From Vicinamibacteria bacterium (lineage in GTDB: Bacteria; Acidobacteriota; Vicinamibacteria; Vicinamibacterales; JAENWD01), in assembly GCA_963796915.1 (NCBI GenBank), contig CAWCNI010000004.1, positions 2,894,821-2,958,820 of the forward strand: a DNA stretch of 64,000 nucleotides. The letters run 5' to 3'. Numbering within the stretch: the first letter of the stretch is position 1; each line of letters starts with the position of its first letter. This document shows, piece by piece, positions 59,201 through 64,000 of the stretch. Position numbers and translations under genes: made by a program. Under the pieces are notes generated by a model. It made no database searches, was not told the origin of the DNA, and worked only from the letters and a program-made list of their open reading frames with translations.

Positions 59201-60031
59201 ATGAACAAGCTTACAGGGGTGGCGGGCGTCATCGCCCTGGGACTGATGCTGGCGGCGCCGGCGTCGGCGCAAGTCGGCGCGACGCTGGTGCTGACCAGTG
59301 GGCAGAGGGTCGGCGGTCAGCTGATCGATCTGAACGCCAGCGGTGTCGTCATGACCGTGAACGGGTCGCAGCGGAACTTCAGTGTGGGTGAGGTGGCCGT
59401 CATCGACTTCGTCGGCGGGGGCAACAACCTCCCTTCCGGCGAGGTGGACAAGGCAGGCTCGGGTCATGTCCTCGCCCTCCGAAGTGGACAGGTCCTCGGC
59501 GGACATCTCGACGATGTCGGCGGCAAGAGCCCGCTGCGGATCACCTTCAGCGGCTCTGACTACTCGTCCAACGACGTCGCACGGATCTACTTCTCGCGGC
59601 CGCCGGGCACGAGCAACACCGGCAATACCGGGACTGGAAGCAGCGACCTCAAGCCGGCCCAAGGCCGGATTCGCGTCGCCGGCAACGCGTCCTGGGTGTC
59701 GACCGGCGTCAACGTCGTTCAGGGGCAGTCGATTACCCTGCAGACGACCGGCGAGGTGCAACTGAGCACCGACCCGAGCGATACCGCGACCCCCGCCGGT
59801 TCGACCAAGGGGCGCTATGCGCAAAACGCGCCGCTGCCGCAGGCGCTGGCTGGCGCGCTCATCGGGCGAGTTGGCAACGGACCGCCGTTTGGCATCGGCA
59901 ACCAGACCAGCTTCCCGGCGCCGGGAACCGGCATGCTGTACCTGATGGTCAACGACGACGGGTTGGGCGACAACGCGGGAGCCTTTGGCGTAAACGTCCA
60001 GGTGTTCGGCAACAACAATCGTCGTCGCTGA
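59201..60031 (+). CDS. Secreted protein with C-terminal LecA/PA-IL-like lectin domain
   Basis: Signal peptide, two LxLxSGQxxGG repeats, WVSTGV...GALIGRVG...LYLMVND...DNAG. Confidence 0.65.
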   Translation: MNKLTGVAGVIALGLMLAAPASAQVGATLVLTSGQRVGGQLIDLNASGVVMTVNGSQRNFSVGEVAVIDFVGGGNNLPSGEVDKAGSGHVLALRSGQVLGGHLDDVGGKSPLRITFSGSDYSSNDVARIYFSRPPGTSNTGNTGTGSSDLKPAQGRIRVAGNASWVSTGVNVVQGQSITLQTTGEVQLSTDPSDTATPAGSTKGRYAQNAPLPQALAGALIGRVGNGPPFGIGNQTSFPAPGTGMLYLMVNDDGLGDNAGAFGVNVQVFGNNNRRR

Positions 60032-60108
60032 GACGTTCGACGGTGGAGAGGTCCGGCACTCGCCGGATCTCTCCGTCGAGTCGTGCGGCCGGGAGCCGCG
60101 AGCAGACG

Positions 60109-60729
60109 TCAGCTGCCCTTGACCAGCCCCTGCTTTTTCATCACCTTCGCAGCTTCCTTCACGAGATCCTCAACGAACTTCTGCAGCGTCTTCGGGTTCT
60201 TCGTCTCGCTCACGGCGGCCCAGAGCAGCTTGTCCTTCGGCACGCTGAAGATCAGCGTCTCCACGACGACCACGGTGTCTTCACTCACCGAGCCGGGGAT
60301 GTAGGTGTTGCCCCACCCGTAGCCGTAGTAGCCCCAGAACGACCCGTAATACGGGTTGAGCCAGGTGCCGGGGTTGTAGGTGCGCACCTTGTCGGCGCTG
60401 ACAGGCCGCATCGCGATCACGCCCTGGACGCCCTTGCGCTCGAACCACGGCTTGGCGTGGTCGGCGTCCTTCAACTCCTCCTTCGGCGCGATCCGGTAGG
60501 TGGCGAGTCCTTCCATGCCGCGGGCGGTCAATTCGCGGCTCAAGGCCTCTTCGCCCGAGACGCGCAGCGAGTCGTCGTTGGTGATGACCAGTGCCGCGAC
60601 CTTCTGGCCCTTGAAGCTGACGCCGTACGCATCCATCGACTTCCAGGTGGACGTGAACTTCGGCGCAGCGAGCAGGACGGCGGTGAACGACACGGCGAGA
60701 GCAGCGGCGGCCGGCAATGTTCGTGGCAT
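60109..60729 (-). CDS. Secreted hypothetical protein (DUF4136-like)
   Basis: Signal peptide, Y/G/W-rich loop YYGSFWGYYGYGW and VETLIF...KLLWAAVSET. Confidence 0.7.
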   Translation of the reverse strand: MPRTLPAAAALAVSFTAVLLAAPKFTSTWKSMDAYGVSFKGQKVAALVITNDDSLRVSGEEALSRELTARGMEGLATYRIAPKEELKDADHAKPWFERKGVQGVIAMRPVSADKVRTYNPGTWLNPYYGSFWGYYGYGWGNTYIPGSVSEDTVVVVETLIFSVPKDKLLWAAVSETKNPKTLQKFVEDLVKEAAKVMKKQGLVKGS

Positions 60730-60801
60730 GGCAGCCCGAAGTATATGGGAACGCGTGGCTCTGGGCCGCACCGCAGCCGTGCGGTACAATTGACTGTTCC
60801 T

Positions 60802-63627
60802 ATGCCCGACTGGAAAGACACGCTGAATCTGCCCCGGACCGGGTTCCCGATGAAGGCCAACCTTCAGACGGCCGAACCGGAAATGATGGCGCGATGGCGC
60901 GAGATGGGCCTCTACCGGCTCATTCGCGCGCGTCGTGCCGGCGCACCGCGTTACGTGCTGCACGACGGCCCGCCCTACGCCAACGGCCAGATTCATCTCG
61001 GCACCGCCCTGAACAAGATCCTCAAGGATCTGGTCGTCAAGGCGCGCTCGATGGCGGGCTACGACGCGCCGTACGTGCCGGGCTACGACTGCCACGGGCT
61101 GCCGATCGAGCTGAAGGTGGACCGCGAGCTGGGATCGAAGAAGCGCGACATGTCTGTCGCCGACTTCCGGCGCGCGTGTCGCGGGTACGCCGAGCGCTTC
61201 ATCGGGGTCATGACCGACGAGTTCCAGCGCCTCGGGATCTTCGGCGAATGGGACCACCCGTACCTGACGATGGACTTTCGTTACCAGGCGGCGATCGCTC
61301 GCGCGCTCGGGAAGTGCGTCGCGCGTGGCCTGGTCTACAAGGGCAAGAAGCCGGTGCACTGGTGTCTCCACTGCCGGACCGCGCTGGCGGAGGCGGAAGT
61401 CGAACACGAAGAGCACATCTCGCCCTCGATCTACGTGACCTTCCCGATCGCCGAGGCGAGCCGATCGGAGCTCGCCAGCCGCGTACCTGCGCTGGCGGGC
61501 CGCAATGTCGAGGTGCTGATCTGGACGACGACCCCGTGGACCATCCCGTCCAACATGGCGGTGGCCTTCCACCCGGAGTACGTCTACGGCGCGTACGAGG
61601 TGGATGGCGCGGTGGTCCTGATCGCGGAGTCGATGTCCGCCCGGGTTGCGGCCGCCACCAAGCGCACGCTCGGCGAGCCGTTGGCGCTCGTGCCCGGAGA
61701 GCGCCTTGAAGGCCTGAAGTTCCGGCATCCGCTCTACGAGCGCGATTCTCTTGCGGTGCTCGCCGGCTACGTGACGCTCGAGCAGGGCACCGGCATCGTC
61801 CACACTGCGCCGGGTCATGGCGCCGACGACTTTGCCACCGGCGTGAAATATGGGCTCGAGATCTACGCCCCGGTCGGGCCCGACGGCCGGTTCCTCGACA
61901 CGGTCGGCCTGTTCGCCGGCGAGCAGGTTTTCGAAGCGAACCCGCAGGTGATCGAGGCGCTGACGGAGCGCGGGCGGCTCTGGCACTACGAGCCGTACGA
62001 GCACACGTATCCGCACTGCTGGCGCTGCCACAACCCGGTCATCTTCCTGGCGACCGCGCAGTGGTTCGTGCGCATGGACGGCGAGCCGACGGTCACGCCG
62101 GATGGCTCGTCGCCGCGGACCCTGCGCGACGCGGCGCTGCGGGCGATCGACGAGCAGGTGACGTGGGTTCCCACCTGGGGACACGACCGCATCTACAACA
62201 TGGTCGCGCACCGCCCCGACTGGTGCATTTCGCGGCAGCGGGCGTGGGGCGTGCCGATCCCGGCGCTGGACTGCGCGGCGTGCGGCGAGGCGGTGCTGAC
62301 TGCGGCCATCGTCGAGCAGGCGGCGAGCGTGTTCGACCAATACGGCGCCGACGCCTGGTACGAGCGGCCCCTCGAGGAGTTCGTCCCGAAGGGGCTGACC
62401 TGCGCCGGCTGTGGCGGCACCAGCTTCGAGCGCGAGACCAACATCCTCGACGTCTGGTTCGACTCGGGGTCGAGCCACGAAGCGGTGCTGCCCTTCTGGC
62501 CCGACTTGCGCTGGCCGGCGGATTTTTATCTCGAAGGAGGCGACCAGCACCGCGGCTGGTTCCAGAGCTCCCTGCTCGTCGCCCTCGGCACGCGCGGCGC
62601 GCCGCCGTTCCGCGCCTGCCTGACGCACGGCTTCGTCGTGGACGAAGAAGGGCGGAAGATGTCCAAGTCGATCGGCAACACGATCGAGCCGCAGGAGGTC
62701 ATCGCGAAGAGCGGCGCGGAGATCCTCCGTTTGTGGATCGCGATGGTGGACTATCGCGAGGACATCCGCGTCGGCAACGAGATCCTCGCGCGCGTGGTCG
62801 AGGCATACAGGAAGCTGCGCAACACGTGCCGTATCCTCGCGGCGAACCTCTTCGACTTCGACCCGGCGCTCGATCAAGTGGCGGTCGACGCCCTCGAGCC
62901 AGTGGACCGCTACATCCTGTCGCGCTATTCCACCGTCGCGCGTGACGCCCTGGCAAGCTACGACGCCTTCGACTTCCAGCGCGTCGTCCACGGGCTGGGC
63001 GCGTTCGCGACAGTCGATCTCAGCGCCTTCTACGTCGATGTCTCGAAGGACCGGCTGTACACGTTTGGCGCGCAGTCGCCGAGCCGTCGCTCCGCGCAGA
63101 CCGCGATGTACCTGATGGTGGACGGACTGGCCCGGCTCATCGCGCCGATCCTGCCAGTGACCGCAGATCAGCTGTGGGCCGCGCTCCCGGGCACGCGCGA
63201 GGCATCGGTGCACATGGCCGACTTCCCCGCTACCGCAGTCCTCGAGCCGCTGGCCGATCCGGTCTGCACGGCGGACTGGGAGCGGCTCCTCGCGCTGCGC
63301 GGCGCCATCAACGCCGAGATCGAGCTGCGCCGCAAGGAGAAGCTGTTCGGCACCTCGCTCGGAGCGGCGGTGACGATCGCCGCCGGTGGCGATGAGCTGG
63401 CCCTGCTCCGCCGCTACGAAGCCTCGCTGCCGACTCTTTTCATCGTCTCGAGCGTCCAACTCGAAGAGGCGCCGGCGGGATCGCCGTTGACCTTGAATGT
63501 CGGCCGCGCCGACGGCGTGAAATGCGAGCGCTGCTGGCGTATCGTGCCCGGCGTCTCCGGCGGATCGGGGCGCGAGGGCTTGTGCGATCGGTGCGTGGAG
63601 GCGCTGGCGGAGCCGGTCGAATCGTGA
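60802..63627 (+). CDS. ileS: Isoleucine--tRNA ligase
   Basis: DTLNLPRTGFPMKA, HDGPPYANGQIHLGT, DWCISRQR, KMSKS and C-terminal CERC/CDRC zinc finger. Confidence 0.97.
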   Translation: MPDWKDTLNLPRTGFPMKANLQTAEPEMMARWREMGLYRLIRARRAGAPRYVLHDGPPYANGQIHLGTALNKILKDLVVKARSMAGYDAPYVPGYDCHGLPIELKVDRELGSKKRDMSVADFRRACRGYAERFIGVMTDEFQRLGIFGEWDHPYLTMDFRYQAAIARALGKCVARGLVYKGKKPVHWCLHCRTALAEAEVEHEEHISPSIYVTFPIAEASRSELASRVPALAGRNVEVLIWTTTPWTIPSNMAVAFHPEYVYGAYEVDGAVVLIAESMSARVAAATKRTLGEPLALVPGERLEGLKFRHPLYERDSLAVLAGYVTLEQGTGIVHTAPGHGADDFATGVKYGLEIYAPVGPDGRFLDTVGLFAGEQVFEANPQVIEALTERGRLWHYEPYEHTYPHCWRCHNPVIFLATAQWFVRMDGEPTVTPDGSSPRTLRDAALRAIDEQVTWVPTWGHDRIYNMVAHRPDWCISRQRAWGVPIPALDCAACGEAVLTAAIVEQAASVFDQYGADAWYERPLEEFVPKGLTCAGCGGTSFERETNILDVWFDSGSSHEAVLPFWPDLRWPADFYLEGGDQHRGWFQSSLLVALGTRGAPPFRACLTHGFVVDEEGRKMSKSIGNTIEPQEVIAKSGAEILRLWIAMVDYREDIRVGNEILARVVEAYRKLRNTCRILAANLFDFDPALDQVAVDALEPVDRYILSRYSTVARDALASYDAFDFQRVVHGLGAFATVDLSAFYVDVSKDRLYTFGAQSPSRRSAQTAMYLMVDGLARLIAPILPVTADQLWAALPGTREASVHMADFPATAVLEPLADPVCTADWERLLALRGAINAEIELRRKEKLFGTSLGAAVTIAAGGDELALLRRYEASLPTLFIVSSVQLEEAPAGSPLTLNVGRADGVKCERCWRIVPGVSGGSGREGLCDRCVEALAEPVES

Positions 63628-64000
63628 CGCGCCGCCTCGAATTGTTCGTGGCCATCGGTGTCGTGCTCGCGGATCAGATCACCAAAGCGCTCGTCGTGGC
63701 CGACCTGGCGCTGCTCCAGTCGGTGACTGTGATTCCGGGGGTTCTGAATCTGACTCACGTCCGCAACTCCGGCGTGGCGTTCGGCTTCATGAACTCTGTC
63801 GATTTCGCGTTCAAGCCCCTGCTGATGGCGGTCTTCGCGCTGGCCGCCCTGGTCGGCGTGGGCCTCTACGCCGCGCAGTTGCCGCTGGACCACTGGCGAT
63901 CACGCGTCGGGCTGGCGCTGATTCTGGGGGGCGCCGCGGGCAACCTGCTCGATCGCGCCCGCCAGGGCTTCGTCGTGGACTTCGTGGATGCGTACTGGCG
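63624..64000 (+). CDS. lspA: Lipoprotein signal peptidase, partial
   Basis: ADQITK, NSGVAFG and GGAAGNLLDR..GFVVDF motifs; follows ileS. Confidence 0.93.
   Translation, partial: MTRRLELFVAIGVVLADQITKALVVADLALLQSVTVIPGVLNLTHVRNSGVAFGFMNSVDFAFKPLLMAVFALAALVGVGLYAAQLPLDHWRSRVGLALILGGAAGNLLDRARQGFVVDFVDAYW

Noticed and set aside
60109-63459. 1116-aa minus-strand ORF
   Set aside because: Antisense shadow of ileS; only the last 206 aa (from 60729) look like a real gene. Other long antisense ORFs (for example 29117-31318 and 51450-52970) are rejected for the same high-GC reason.

Overview
High-GC bacterial chromosomal window. Gene content (ADOP-type permease, carboxypeptidase-domain TonB receptor, Hanks kinase) suggests Acidobacteriota, Vicinamibacteria-like; this is an inference. 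It holds about 60 CDS. The left part has an RND/TolC efflux system with a divergent two-component system, a TonB receptor, general-stress genes (DUF883/holin-like/DUF3618, Ku, CsbD), secreted proteins and hydrolases. The right part has tRNA-Sec, cspA, sodC, an erpA-fur/rubrerythrin-PHP operon, fdhE, fumarase, aspA, bioY, thiD, moaE/D, prfA-prmC, hinT, an M16 peptidase pair, ileS and lspA. Most notable: (1) a candidate sigma54-driven small RNA with an anti-Shine-Dalgarno CCUCCUCCUC motif between two hairpins; (2) a REP-associated tyrosine transposase (RAYT) behind a consensus sigma54 promoter, apparently leaderless, with two tandem arrays of dimorphic GTAG-REPs; (3) sigma54-type promoters in front of several general-stress genes; (4) a Fur-rubrerythrin fusion and a degenerate ABC ATPase. 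Seven single-base frameshifts, several next to GTAC, most likely reflect long-read assembly errors. All family calls come from motif recognition; no database was searched.
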